Shown here: piece by piece, positions 1 to 12,636 of the stretch
Layout of the letters: the number at the start of each line of letters is the position of its first letter
Numbering within the stretch: the stretch's first letter is position 1
Source of the DNA: Lobosporangium transversale
Lineage: Eukaryota
Direction: 5' to 3'
Assembly: GCF_002105155.1 (NCBI RefSeq)
Contig: NW_019028998.1
Coordinates: 62,001 to 126,000 of the forward strand
Length of the DNA: 64,000 nucleotides
The notes under the pieces: generated by a model
What the model saw: only the letters and a program-made list of their open reading frames with translations
What the model was told of the DNA's origin: nothing
Databases searched by the model: none
Program-made: the position numbers and the translations under genes

Positions 1-588
1 TTACATGAACGAAAGGGCTTTCGCCAGTCGAGTCAACATAATGTGTCTTCTGTTTAACACATGCTTCAACTAAAGGCTCTCCATGTTTCATAAAGGGTCC
101 AACGGTGCTAATCACGACCTTAGTGCGGGCGGCCATAGCCCCTAGTGATTCAACATTGGATGCATCAGCTTTAATGATGACCATGTTCTATCGATGAAAT
201 TAAATAAATAAAAAAATACCGAGCTGTTAGGTGGAGTAGACGAACAAGTATAGTATCAGAAGTCTATTCTGCAGTCTCTGGAATTCGGAAACTGTGAACT
301 TATTTACCTGGAGCGCTGGATCAATGGCAGTGAGCTTTTGGCGGGCTTCTTCCAGTTTGGGAATACTGCGACCTGCAATAGCCCAGCGCACGCCTTGCTT
401 GTAGTTTTGAGCCAAGTACTATATCACGCGTAAGTTTGGGTCAATGGCTTAATTAATATGAGTGATAATAGATATGCTATCGCACATTTCTCTGCTGTCA
501 ATGTTGAACATGGAAATACCTGGCAGGTTCGAAGACCTGTAAATCCAGTGGCACCATAGAGAACAATATCGAACTCTCTAGCGGTCAT
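1..588 (-). CDS. Saccharopine dehydrogenase-like oxidoreductase (SCCPDH-like), 5' part; runs off the window start
   Basis: MTAREFDIVLYGATGFTG Rossmann motif, then spliced YLAQNYKQGVRWAIAGRS..KLE and ..VVISTVGPFMKHGEPLVEAC, typical of this family. GT-AG introns visible. Confidence 0.85.
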
Positions 589-1154
589 AGCTGCTTTATT
601 TTGTCTTTGTGTTTTATGTTGCTGCGAAATGAACAATGGATGAATGAAGTGGAAATGGATGTTTAGTGAAAAAAAAAAAAAATAGTGTTAGACGTTCATT
701 TTTATTATCAAAAATTCGGTTCGGTGGAGTGATCGGAATGAACGCATGGGCCAATTGCTCACTTGCAACTTGCATATGTCTGACGTGCGTGATGATGACA
801 TGTGGAAAAAGTGATCGAAAAACAAACCAGGTGGGCTCCTTGGTATATACGTATATATATATATATATACTATCTAGTATATACTTAGTTAAGTAGTTTC
901 ATTTGCAGAGTGGACAAACCCGTTATCCTAAATACTACATATTATTACGATGGGACAACCACTGATTCATGAGTGCATTCGGCAACTATCCCCATTTTTA
1001 GAATCAACTTGCAAGAATGTATGCAAGAAAAGTATTGTTACCAATGGGAGTTATCATTGTAAAAGCATATGTATATTTCTCGGAACAACCAAAACACTTT
1101 ATAGTGTTTTGAGCGTTAGAAGTCTCAATCCCACCTATTTTTATATCTCTTTGA

Positions 1155-3276
1155 TTACCGATAACTCTCTCTACCTCTGCTCCTTGATCGATCCCTTGAT
1201 TTACTTCTCGATATGTTTCTGCTCTCGCTTCTATCTCGATTCCTACTCCGACTGAACTTTCGGTTACGTGAACGATAAGGCGGTGATCTACTCCATGATC
1301 GAGTCCTAGATCTGCCTCGAGAAAGAGATCGAGAGTATGAGTGTAAACTAGAACGCCTTCTTGACCTAGATCTGCTTCTGGACCTTGAGCGTGCATATGT
1401 CCGCATCCGGCTATTCGATTCGCTTCCCCTGCTATGTCTCCCACGGCGCTCAGAGTCTTTCTGACTTTTAACAGGTTCTTTAGAATAGGCGCATCTTCGT
1501 TTCACTGCCACAGATTTATAGAAATCATCTAAACAACCGTCACCCCAGCCTTCATTCTTAATGCTGTTCGCATTGTTTCTATTGTCTTCAGTGATTTCAC
1601 TTCCGTTCCCAACACAAGGAGAGTTTGAAAGGAACTTTGCTAAATGTTCCAGAACAGTACTAGAGATGGCATCACTTTTCATCGGTATGGAGACATATGC
1701 TGGGAGAGGCTCATAATATTCAGCGTCAGGCTATACAAAGATATGCCAAATAAGTCAGTCTCGATATTGAATAAGTTGCTAGGTATACTTCGTTAAAAGA
1801 ATAAAAATAAAAAGATTTACCTCAATTTTTGACATCATTAATCCAGCAGGTAGATCGCGGGTGAGCACGTCTCTATGAGTAGGTTCAGGTGCCAGCTGAG
1901 GTTGTGCTGAGACGAAGTTTGGACCTGGAGCTTGAGTTGAGCTTAGAGCTGGAGGTGAGTGGGAAGAATGATACATTCCTGGGGTAGGAGTCAACGGTTG
2001 CTGATAAGCCAGCATGACCTGTGGATGCTGTGGATGCTGTGGTTGCTGCTGGTAAGATAAATGCTGGAATCCGGGTTGCATAACTTGCTGTGGGGGTTGA
2101 TGGATGGGTGAGGCGCTGTTTTGTGCAAACTGTTGTTGAGGCGTTGGGAGAAAAGGGAGTGGAGTGTAAGAATGAGGCGGTGGATTGTAGGGATGGGGCT
2201 GTGTAGGTAATAAAGAAACAGATGCAGACGGCCATGGAGCAGGATGAGGAGATGGCAACTGTTGGTGCATTTGAAGAGCGTATGGAGGTTGCTGAGCTTG
2301 AGTAGGATGATGACTCTGTTGATGCTGTGGAGGGAACTGAGGTGGAGATTGCATCTGTTGAGGGACCTGTGGGTACGTGTATGACGCTACAGAAGGCATT
2401 ACAGGGACAGAGGTGTTGCCAGTAGTCGGTGGCTGTAGAAAGGGAGGCCGTCTTACATTTGCCTCCAGAGTATCGACCACATGCGTTGGAAAAAACTCCT
2501 TATTTCTCCAGATCTCCAGGACCTAATGCATAGACCATAATAGAATGCTAAATACACATCGAAAACAATACCAAAAATATAATAGCCATCCATGCCCTTA
2601 GATTCCGAGTACGATTGTAGTCCCACCTTCATGATGCGCTGCCTTTGAGAATCATCAATACCAGGGAAAAAGTAAGCAACACGTAAGATAGGTACAAGAT
2701 GTGGATAGATCGCATCCATGATCCACCTTTGTTGTTTTCGCTCACTATGCGCTCAATCATGGCACGCAGTAAAGATTGTTAAAAAACGAAGATCAGTAGA
2801 ATAATGTCGCAGTATTACAGCCAGTCTTTTGCCACCCAGCTCACCTATGCGAGAGAATGTCGTTTGTGAGATACACAATGTGAAGTTTCTCATTGAAGCT
2901 TGCGCGGGATATGGCTATGGCCACCATGGCACGCGAAAGCAGGTCGTATTGCATGGGTGTCTGACAATGGTGAACTATCCAATTTTTACCAGCCTAGTGT
3001 TTACTGTACCTATTAGTTTTAATCCAACAAGATCGGTTGTCACAGGCAAAAGCAGAGAACGAGAGTCTTCAAATACTGATGATATACCTGAATATTCGCC
3101 TGTGAGCAATCTCTCATAAGCAGCTCGAGGTGATCTACAAGGTCTTTTACATCTGCCTTCGTCATCCCTTTACTTTGCTGAACTAAGGCGTCGAGCGCCA
3201 GTTGTACCCCAGCAGCACTAGCATCAGCATGTAAGAGATGATGCGCATTTGGTTGTCTAGGCAGGTAAGAATCCAT
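1155..3276 (-). CDS. CHERP-like splicing factor (CID domain, Pro/Gln-rich linker, CHERP-type domain, RS tail), multi-exon
   Basis: CID-like helices (CSQANIQAGKNWI..EKLHIVYLTNDIL..KVLEIWRNKEFF). DLPAGLM and NEGW..GCLDDFY match the CHERP motifs DLPAGLM and NSEGWE..GLYEFF. Long C-terminal RS repeats (ORF 1155-1682). Confidence 0.75.
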
Positions 3277-3530
3277 ATCACTTAGAAACCTTCAAACACT
3301 GTAGAGATGCTATTTATTGTGTATAAATGTCTCCGCGTTGTCTGCAGTCCTGCAAATGTTCTAGATTCCAAATGAATTTATTCAACAAAACCGATCATCC
3401 AAGGCATCGAGTCTGTACAGTCGGAGGCAATTGTCAATTTATATATTGGAGCCCTAAATTGCACGTGGCCATGGCTCTTTCCTAAATTTTGCTACTTATA
3501 TTATTAAAAATCTTCTTAAAATTCATTGAA

Positions 3531-3601
3531 GCGTGGTTGGTTTAGTGGTATAATTACCGCCTGCCACGCGGTAGACCCGGGTTCGATTCCCGGACCACGC
3601 A
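3531..3601 (+). tRNA. tRNA-Gly (anticodon GCC), intronless
   Basis: Acceptor stem GCGTGGT/ACCACGC, D arm with TAGTGG, anticodon arm ACCGC-CTGCCAC-GCGGT, T loop GGTTCGATTCC, and a TTTTT Pol III terminator immediately after. Confidence 0.97.
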
Positions 3602-3741
3602 TTTTTACCAGCTAAATAAATGGTTTTTTTTAACTTTTGTTTTTCATTCCATCTTTGCCGCCATTACTTGCTTAGTCTTTACTTTTCTCTCTTGAATTAG
3701 ATTCCAAAAAAAAAAAAAAAAGATTGTAAAGGTTGTACATC

Positions 3742-4371
3742 ATGACATCTACAAGACGGACCCCAGTTTATGTTAATGTCTACGACATGGTGCGTATGGA
3801 TTGTCGAAATGAAAAAAAAAAAAAAAAAAAAAAAAAACCCCTTTGCTTAAAACAATTTGGCTTTTCTCATATCCTCACCTACAATAAAGTTATCAATTCG
3901 ACTAAACACTGGTTTTCTATATCTTCTCTTTTTTTGATACTCAATGATTCATGGTGTTTGTCGTACATAGATTCCCTCTAATGTTCTGACAGCGATCGGC
4001 TACTTCATGGGTCTGGGTACGGCGACACTCAATTTGGAGTATGTTTATAGGATGTTCCTTTTCTTCTTCCTCGTTCAACAGTCACTCATCCAACACTGTT
4101 CCTCATTTTCATTGATCCCACCACAGGAGTTTTTCACTCTGGGGTAGAAATTCTTGATAAAGGTTAGCAATCGTGCTCCAATGTTTCACTAATTGCTTTC
4201 GAGTGACTACCAGTTTCCTAACAGTCAATTATCTCTCCACAACATGTTCCAGAGTTTAGCTTTGGAGGACATGAAGAAAATACCACAGGGGTCTTTTGTG
4301 TGCAACCTCGTGTAGGGCCTGAAGGAGTAGTTTACAAGTATGCTAAGTTTTCTTTTGTTCTCCTCATTTGG

Positions 4372-4404
<33 letters not shown>

Positions 4405-5034
4405 TCTTTAAAAGATCTCAGTCATGTACTCTTATTTAACGAATGAATGAATGATAGAGAAACCATTCTGGTCGGCTTTACAACAAAAACAGATGCTGAG
4501 ATTAATCAAGTCATTCAGATATTATCCAAGGAATTCACAGGTAAAAGAAATCTGTAGGGACAAAGCAAAGAATGTCCATAGGACCATTTCCGTCGCAACC
4601 TTATTTACAGAAAAAGGATCTTACCTGTTAATAGGAGATTCGTACGTATTGTTGTCCAGGTGAGCCCCCATGCAGCTTTCGAGTTTTCGAGTCTCTTTTT
4701 TCTTTTTCTTTTTTCTTTTATTTACTATCCCACGGCACTCACGCGATATTTATTCATTATATACTTGCCAGAAACTGTAATCACTTTTCATCAGAAATGG
4801 CGTACCGTCTTACTGGATCGAGGCCTCCAGGCAAGTTAAAAATTCGATGGGACAGCTGCTTGTCCTGAAATGCACATAATTTAATGGCGTTTTTTTTTTT
4901 TTATAGCCTGGATTAATCGTGCAGCTAAACTAGGGACCATGTTTCCATGTGTTGTACCACAGGGCTGGATTGAACCACCGTTGGCGGAAGAGGAGATTAT
5001 TCGCGATAGAGAGACACTCTTGCCTAGAGCATGA
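3742..5034 (+). CDS. PPPDE/DeSI-family deubiquitinase/desumoylase (DESI2-like), about 9 short exons
   Basis: Spliced sequence VYVNVYDM..GLGVFHSGVEI..EFSFGGH..YVLLSRNCNHFS..PAWINRAAKLG. Catalytic His (FHSG) and Cys (NCNHF) are present. Confidence 0.9.
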
Positions 5035-5361
5035 ATATGAGAAAATATGGCATTTGGCTTTTTTTTTTTTTTTTAAAAAAAAAAAAGAAGCTTAAGAATT
5101 ATAAAATACACACTCATAAACAGATCAGATTAATGAATCGGGCTATTGTTGCACATTTTTTACCTTTTTTACAAATGTATGTGAGGGCGTCTTATTTGCA
5201 ATAGCAGATCATGATAGACTCATTATTCCACATCCAGTCTCATTACATTTACTCAAGGCTTTCCTTATTCATCGATTTCTCCCATTGTTTTTCCTAAGAG
5301 AAATAATCTCCTACACTCGTGCCTCTTTTTTTATTTAATTTTTTATATATAAAGGAATTAA

Positions 5362-7038
5362 ATGAACAATCAAGATGCTACAGATGGCACAAATCTGAGA
5401 AGGGAACATCATCCTCAGTGGGAAGAGTCTGGACAACGACCTAATCAACAATCTTCTAGCCAGAGTCCCATAGTAGTCCAGCAGTCCGCGTTGATTAACC
5501 CCTTCACAGCAACATCGCGAGTTACACGGCAGAGTGCAAGGCTGTCAAGTCAGACCCCACCACCTACAGCCATAGAAACCAGTGGGCAAGAGAGAGCTCA
5601 CTATGAATTAGGATCACTACATCGTTCAAAACGGTTTCGTCTTCACGGACAGCCAGCTTTATGGTCAGAGAACCCTTTTAATCTGAATGCGTCTCCTATT
5701 AGGCCATGGAATTCAAGTTTTGAGACACTTAGTGCTTCGGGATCCTCAACTTCAGCCCACCGAGCTCAACCAAACCCGATGACCACAGCAAGCGACAGGG
5801 GGATTTCAGGCTCTAATTTGTCGAGTTCCATACCTATGAAAGAGGAGTCAACGATGGAGAGGGATATTGCAGACATCATGGTTGACGAACAATCGCCATT
5901 ATGGATTATTGCTGGTCGGAAAGCTCTTTTGAAACTCAAACATGGTGTTGGTCATGTGCAGGACATGGATTCTTCAGGTGGGACTACTGAACCGTTTAGA
6001 AGAGGAGCAAATCAGACTCACACATTGAGAGAAGATTTCAGCGCTCACTCAAGTTCGGGATCAAGGCAAAACGACTATGAAAAACCTGTATCGTCAAGTC
6101 CAAATGAACCATCTGATGTGAGAGATAAAAACTACGAGGGAAAGGACGACGACAACAGCAACGCCCACCTTAGCAACAACATTGTTGATATTGGTACCGA
6201 CTACAGCTATGATTATAATCAAAGTCAAAGCCAAAACCAAAACCAAGATGTGGCAATAAATGTTGATGAGGAGTTACAGAGCATGGAAGAGCGTGTCCAA
6301 CAAAAGCTCCGAAAGCTGATGGCGAACTCTGGGAAAACCAAAGCAAGTTGGAGCAGCAGCACTAGCGCAGGACAAATTAGTCGCGATGGACGTGAAGGCG
6401 AAACATTTTTCCAATATAGAAGCATTGGGGGCGGCGAGTCATCATTATCATCAATATCATCCCCTCTACTCACTTCATCATCTCGAGGACATCAATATCG
6501 ACGACGGTACCTGGAGGATCAAGAGGCCGCGCCTGAGTTGATGGCTGTGGATGATCTTGAAGTAACAGACAGCATGCAGGAGCCAGAAAAAGAGGGAGAC
6601 CTAGAACCAGAGCAGAAATCGAAAATAGAGCAAGAGGCGAGGTTTTCAGAAATTTGGGAGCGGTCTGAGTCTGAGGATACGCTGATCAAGCGAACCCTAG
6701 AGGCCGAGTTAGAGGTTGAATTGGAAGTCGAATTGGACTCTGAACGCGCTGGATACAAAGGTAAAAGAAAGTATGATTTGGCTTATTATATGACAGAATG
6801 ATTCTTCTAGATTTGATTATTAATGCTTTTGTTTTTATTTATTCATTTCTTTTTTCTTTTAAACATAGCTGAACATTCCAAGGTTAGCAGGCAAATATCG
6901 AATAATGAACTTAATCTAGACTCTGCATTGGAGCTGCCCATAAACTTACCTGAGGTGTTGGTCACACGAGACGAGTTAGAGTCTCGGTTTTGGATGTATG
7001 GGCCAAGAATTGCCAAACCACAGCGCATGTTCCTGTGA
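5362..7038 (+). CDS. Uncharacterised low-complexity (Ser/Gln/acidic) protein, probably 2 exons
   Basis: 479-codon ORF with a GT donor near 6771 and an AG acceptor near 6868 joining a short C-terminal exon (..ELPINLPEVLVTRDELESRFWMYGP..). No family recognised. Confidence 0.6.
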
Positions 7039-7295
7039 ATCTTTTTTTGTTTAAATCTCAAAATTGTACCATAGTCTATGTACCCAATCGTCAATAACAA
7101 ACACTATCATTTTGATGACATCTTAATTGTGTCAGTGTTGCCTGGTCTGTGTGTTAGGCTGTGCCAACAGGGATGAAACTCACAATTGCTTGCATCAAAT
7201 TCTTTTTTCTTATACCATTTTGACATTCACACTCATTTCGCTCGCTCGTTCATTCACTTATTCACACGTTCATTTTTTTATTTCTTATCCACACC

Positions 7296-9698
7296 ATGGA
7301 ATCAGCACGGTCTCCGTCGTCTTATTATGCCACAGCTGATATCCAGCCTGGTATGCAGGACATGGCGCTCGAGCACCCACATGAACCTGTCAGTAAGAAG
7401 CAACAAGAGGGATTCCATATTAATACAAGTACCACAACAAATAGGTCTATTGTACCTTTGACAGCTGAGGCCTTGGCTGCTCAAGGCAGTAGGAAGGCTA
7501 ATAGTAATTTCCATTCAAGTGCCTCAATTGCAGCTGCCACACAGTATATTCCTGAATTGCATCTACAAAGGCGATCACCTGCCCCTTCGGATCAATACGT
7601 ACTCTCGGAGCGTCCTTCTTCTATAATGCCAACAACCACTGCTGCAATACAGCCTCGAGGCACATGGTCTCATGTTCTAGAAGAGATCCCTTCTGCAAAA
7701 GACAACTTTGAAAGCTCAGACAATCATCATATTGGCTCAACTGCGCGATCCCACAAAAGCCATTCAGTGGCCTCGTCTAATTCAGACACAGCTCAATCCT
7801 CAGGGCACTCTTCTGAGAACGAATGTAAAGATCGTTTTGAAAGACTACCCAATGGTGGACATCGACATCATCTTTCAGCACCAAAAAGGCATCAGCACCT
7901 TGTAACACAGATTCGTCGCCTGAAGGGATTGTTAGATGGCGGTAAGAAGGACAGAGAAAAAGATAGGGCAGAAAAAGATGAAAAAAAGGAAAGGCATAGC
8001 CATAGGAATGGGCACGGCGTTCTTCGAGAGGCACTGGAACACCCGTTATCACTACTGAATGAAAAGATTGAAGATTTTGAGAAAGAGCGAGGTCATCACC
8101 ATCATGCAAACAAGCACAGTATCAAGGAGGAATTTGCAGCCAAATACGGCGATTTACAACAAGTTGTTGGCCGAGGTTTGTAGCTGTGTATGAAGCGGAA
8201 ACTGAACCTTCAATTGATTAGCCACTTCAGTGTTTAATGACGAAAAAAATTTCTGAATGAAACATGAATTTAGGCGCATTTGGCATTGTGAGACTGTCTG
8301 TGAAGAAGGACCCTGAGACTGGTGAGGAAACTACATATGCAGTCAAGGTAATAAAAAAGACAAACATGTATAGCCTTTAATTGACAATAGAATCACTCGC
8401 TTAGAGGATATGTCTTTTTTTTTTTGACCATAGGAATTCAGACATGATCACAATGAAGCACAGAGAACGTATATGCGTCGTTTGACAAGCGAGTTCTGTA
8501 TTGCATCGTCGCTCAGGCATATCAATGTGATCCAGACTCTAGACTTACTGCAGCTTCATGGTGACGCTTTTAGCGAAGTGATGGAATATTGTCCAGGAGG
8601 GGATGTCCATTCCCTGATCGCAAGTTCTGGGACTTTGAGTGAGACTGAATCAAGTTGTTTCTTTGCACAGTTAATCAACGGGGTTGCATTCTTGCATTCC
8701 ATAGGGGTTGTGCACAGGGATCTCAAACCCGAAAACCTATTGTTGACAGCGGATGGTTGCATCAAGATTGCAGATTTCGGAAACAGTGAAGTATTCAGGA
8801 TGCCATGGGAAAAGAAGATTCGGTCATCTACTTCCATCCGTGGTAGCGGGCCTTTCATTGCACCCGAAGAGTTCACAACCAAAACTTTTGACGGCCGGTA
8901 AAGAGATAATGAGTGTCTTTGTTATATATCATATGGATATTAATCAGATTACGATATATAGTAGCTCATATACATTTACTCTTTGTTCCATACTTCTGCC
9001 TTTGGACATACAATAGCAAAGTAGATATGTGGGCTTGTGGGATCATCTACATGTGCATGAGACGCGGCCGCTATAGTTGGGCGGAGGCATCTAAAGGCGA
9101 TCCTAACTGGGATGGCGTTCTTTACAAAATCGAGCGATGGCAGCAAATGCAAGAAGCCTTGCCTGAAGTTGATCAGAATAAGCAGGCCCATGGCCATGCG
9201 CCTAAACACATTCATCTGGATGCGATCGAGCAGACGCTGCATATATCGCTAGGATGGCCCAATCATATTTCAGAAGTTCTCAACCATCTTTTGGACCCAA
9301 ATCCAAAGACTCGCTGGCAAGCTGGACATGTCCTCGATAGTGAGTGGATGGAGAAAGTCGACAACTGTCATCCAGCGGAAAGACCTGCGGACCAAGTCCT
9401 TAACGAGAGTGATTTCGATCCTGCTCCAAGTCAGCGTGTTGGATCCAAAGTCTGGGAGAATGATAATGGAGTGATGGGCGACCAAATCATGAATGAAGTT
9501 AAAAATCGATGTGATAAGGGATCTCAAGTTAACGACTCGAATGGTGCAAATGCTAATCCTTTAAGACACTCAGCTGTTTACGATAAAGATGCCGTGCTTT
9601 CGCCTTCTATCTCTCCCTCTTCATCTCCTCCATCTCCTACCGCTCGCGTCCCTTCCTCCGTTCCTTCTGCTGATCAACACCATAAGATTGTTCTTTAA
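7296..9698 (+). CDS. Ser/Thr protein kinase of the HAL/SAT4/HRK1/NPR1 group
   Basis: GRGAFGIVRL, YAVKEF, RLTSEFCIASSLRHINVIQTLDL, HRDLKPENLL, DFG, GSGPFIAPEEF, VDMWACG. Three GT-AG introns. Confidence 0.9.
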
Positions 9699-9849
9699 AA
9701 AGATCTTTTAGCTATTTATGTCATCAGGACCTTTCTTGCATATAACTGTACAAAATAAAAGAATCCTGAAATATCTGTAGACAATAATCGAGCTATTTAA
9801 GATAACCTGCAAGCGAGTACCTTGTCTTATTCATGTAGCTCTATGTCTT

Positions 9850-11080
9850 TACCCATAGGCCCTCGCCTTAACCCTCCAGGCCCCCGTCAGTATTTTCACC
9901 TTCGTTTGCAATGCCACTGCTAATCCAGTCATCACCTCCGCTAGTGTAACGGGCAGATTCTGGCCTCTGGGGGCGCTGGTATCCGTATCAATCTCGTTGT
10001 TATCCATGTATTGTCCGTCCACAGATCTTTGAAAGCTTCTGCTCTTCTATCGTAGAGCGCTCGGAATCGGCGACAAATGCAGATGTGCACAACGTCAAGT
10101 ACAGCTTACACGGCAACTTCAATTGGGATTGGACCATCATAGACATTAATATCACAGGTGTTGATATTCAGTGGTTCATTTGGCTGGAAGACTGGTTATT
10201 TGTCTGAGTGGTTGTGGCAGGTTGTACCAGACACCCACTCCGTGTTCCCGATACTTTCCTCCGAATTGTCATTCTCGGCATCATCGTCATTCACATCATT
10301 TTTAGACTAGGTCCGTTGTCTCTACTATTATCATCGTTACGGTCATCACTTATATACACCTTCTGAATCTTCATTCTGGATTGTTCCTAATCGTAGTTAA
10401 TAACGTTCCAACCCATCTCAGTAACACTGTGTCATCCACACAGCAGTCCTGATGATCTGTTGTATGACCTCATAACTAACTAGCCTGGCCAATACCTGCT
10501 TGCATCACCTGTATTAATGACAGGGCAGCACCATTATTAGTTCTGACAATCTGTGCACTAAGTGACCCAAAATATTGCTATCCATGAGTTTTAGGCAATG
10601 GCATAAAATTTGGAGTGTCAAGGTGTGAAGGCGAGAAGAGGAAGGTGACGGGTGGGTGAGGGTTGCTGTGTCTGTATTGGTAACGAGAGGATAGAAATCG
10701 GTGACGTCGCTGGCATCGTAAGCAGATGTCAAGGAGATATATGGATGAAAGAAGGAAGTGAACGCCTACTGAAAGCAGTAGGGAAGAGCCGACTGTAATG
10801 CTCGTACCTGACGTCGAAACCTTGTAACTTGTAAGGACACATAGTCCTCGACAACTCGAGTAGACAATGAAGATAGTGACGATAAAGGCTTGTAAGGGGC
10901 CGGGTGTCTGGACGTAGAAGCAATGGTACAGATATTGTCAATCCCAATGAAGCGACTGAAGGGAAGTTCATGATGGCATTAAGGCTCTTTTTTTTTTGCT
11001 CTTCAGCCATCTGTAGCCTGCCGGATTGTGGGATAAGAAGGTTTGATGATAAAAAAATCACTTGTCGTCCTTTACCATCT
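9850..11080 (-). pseudogene. Probable decayed gene fragment (possibly F-box/LRR-like; family uncertain)
   Basis: Coding-like composition, abutting frameshifted ORFs 10729-11061 and 10514-10732, and a disrupted acidic segment at 10200-10400 with many stops. Confidence 0.3.
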
Positions 11081-11439
11081 ATGTGAGAAAAGATCTACCT
11101 GAGATCGATTAATACTTAATGACTTGGAAGGTGCCTACCGAGAAAGTAAGATCCATTGCCATATGTGTATACATTTATATATATCAATATGACATTGCTT
11201 AGTCTGTTTTGAGGCTAGAACAATTGAGCGATCTGGAGCTGTTAAACTTAATTTCAACATGCATGAAAGTCCAATGTCATTGCCTAGACCAAGTTTTCTT
11301 TCCACTTGTTAAAATGGGAAAGTTCAATAAAATCTGTCACTCTCGCCTCTTTCTTTTTTCCTTGATTGTTAATCGCGCCCACCTTCACTTTCTCCCCTCT
11401 TATACCTTCGTTCACGCTTCAGCAGCATATCACAGTGGA

Positions 11440-12393
11440 ATGGGGGCTGTTGGTATTCAACGACTCAGAATATTGATCCTGCTCCTCACCATTACCGCGT
11501 TCACTCTGGCATGCGTGTGTTTCTCTGAGTGCTACAGGAACCTAGACGAAGGAGGGGCCCCCGTCACCCTTTCCGTCGTCATATTTTTCTCATACTCTTA
11601 TTCTCTCAAGGGAAAACCAATTGTCGGAAGATCCGTTCGTGCTTTCTGTATTTTTGTATTGTCGGCACTCACTGTAGTCAGCTGTCTAGCTTTAGATCCA
11701 ACCAACTCGAGGTCGAATGCCGACTACTTTGGATATCCACTCCTTGTTCCTGGGTTCTTTATGCTCATCGATATGGGTTGGACTCTGTGGGACACACGGC
11801 CAAAGCAACCTAATGGAAGTCAAGAGTCCAAAGAGAGTCCTGATATTATCATTATCAGCCCTGAGATACCTCATCGTAATGGTACTGCAGTGTCACCAAC
11901 ACAATATGTTTATCCTCCTCTTCCACAGCACCTACAGTCACAACCTCAGGAATTAATGCCAAATACACACTATTTCGCCGTGGACCCACCACCACTAGAA
12001 GTCAAAGGAGGACCTCAGCCGCACCCCGAAGAAGCCTCGCCACATCTACTGCAAAACCGAGAGGTACCTCAATTATCTAGATCACCACAACCAACAGCAC
12101 TTCCGTCATCGCAAGCGCCACAGCTCCTGCCTCAGGCGCCTCAATTGTATGGGACACTTCAATCCCAACCTGAAATGGTTACTCCGCATTTGTTGCAAGA
12201 TCGAGTGATGTCCCAACACTTTCAACCTCAAACATCACAACCAACAAAACTTCTATCACCGCAAGCACCACAACTCCTACCTCAAGCACCGCAATTCTAT
12301 GAGATACTTCAGCCTCAACCTGAAATGACCTTTTCATATTTACAACAAGGACAGGGGATGCAACGATCGCCACAGTTCTATGAAACGTCTTAA
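11440..12393 (+). CDS. Four-TM (MARVEL-like) membrane protein with a Pro/Gln-rich repetitive cytoplasmic tail
   Basis: Four hydrophobic segments after MGAVGIQRLRIL. The C-terminus has about 2.5 copies of a ~50-aa repeat (PHLLQ..SQAPQLLPQAPQ.Y..LQ.QPEM). Confidence 0.7.
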   Translation: MGAVGIQRLRILILLLTITAFTLACVCFSECYRNLDEGGAPVTLSVVIFFSYSYSLKGKPIVGRSVRAFCIFVLSALTVVSCLALDPTNSRSNADYFGYPLLVPGFFMLIDMGWTLWDTRPKQPNGSQESKESPDIIIISPEIPHRNGTAVSPTQYVYPPLPQHLQSQPQELMPNTHYFAVDPPPLEVKGGPQPHPEEASPHLLQNREVPQLSRSPQPTALPSSQAPQLLPQAPQLYGTLQSQPEMVTPHLLQDRVMSQHFQPQTSQPTKLLSPQAPQLLPQAPQFYEILQPQPEMTFSYLQQGQGMQRSPQFYETS

Positions 12394-12636
12394 TAAGGCG
12401 AGCTCTGGCCACATGCACCGCATGTCACAAACCTGTCCATAATTAAACAAAAAAATATAATGCTTTTTCAATCTTTATTCTGAAGCCCTTAAAACTGTCC
12501 CTTAATCAAGTTAATTCTGAGACCAATGACAAGAAACGGAAAGCGATCGGACAGGGAAATGTATCAAACTTGAAAGACCTTGCGCTCAGCCATGAACGCC
12601 TCAAAAGTGAAACTTGCCAAAATGTTTAAATATATA

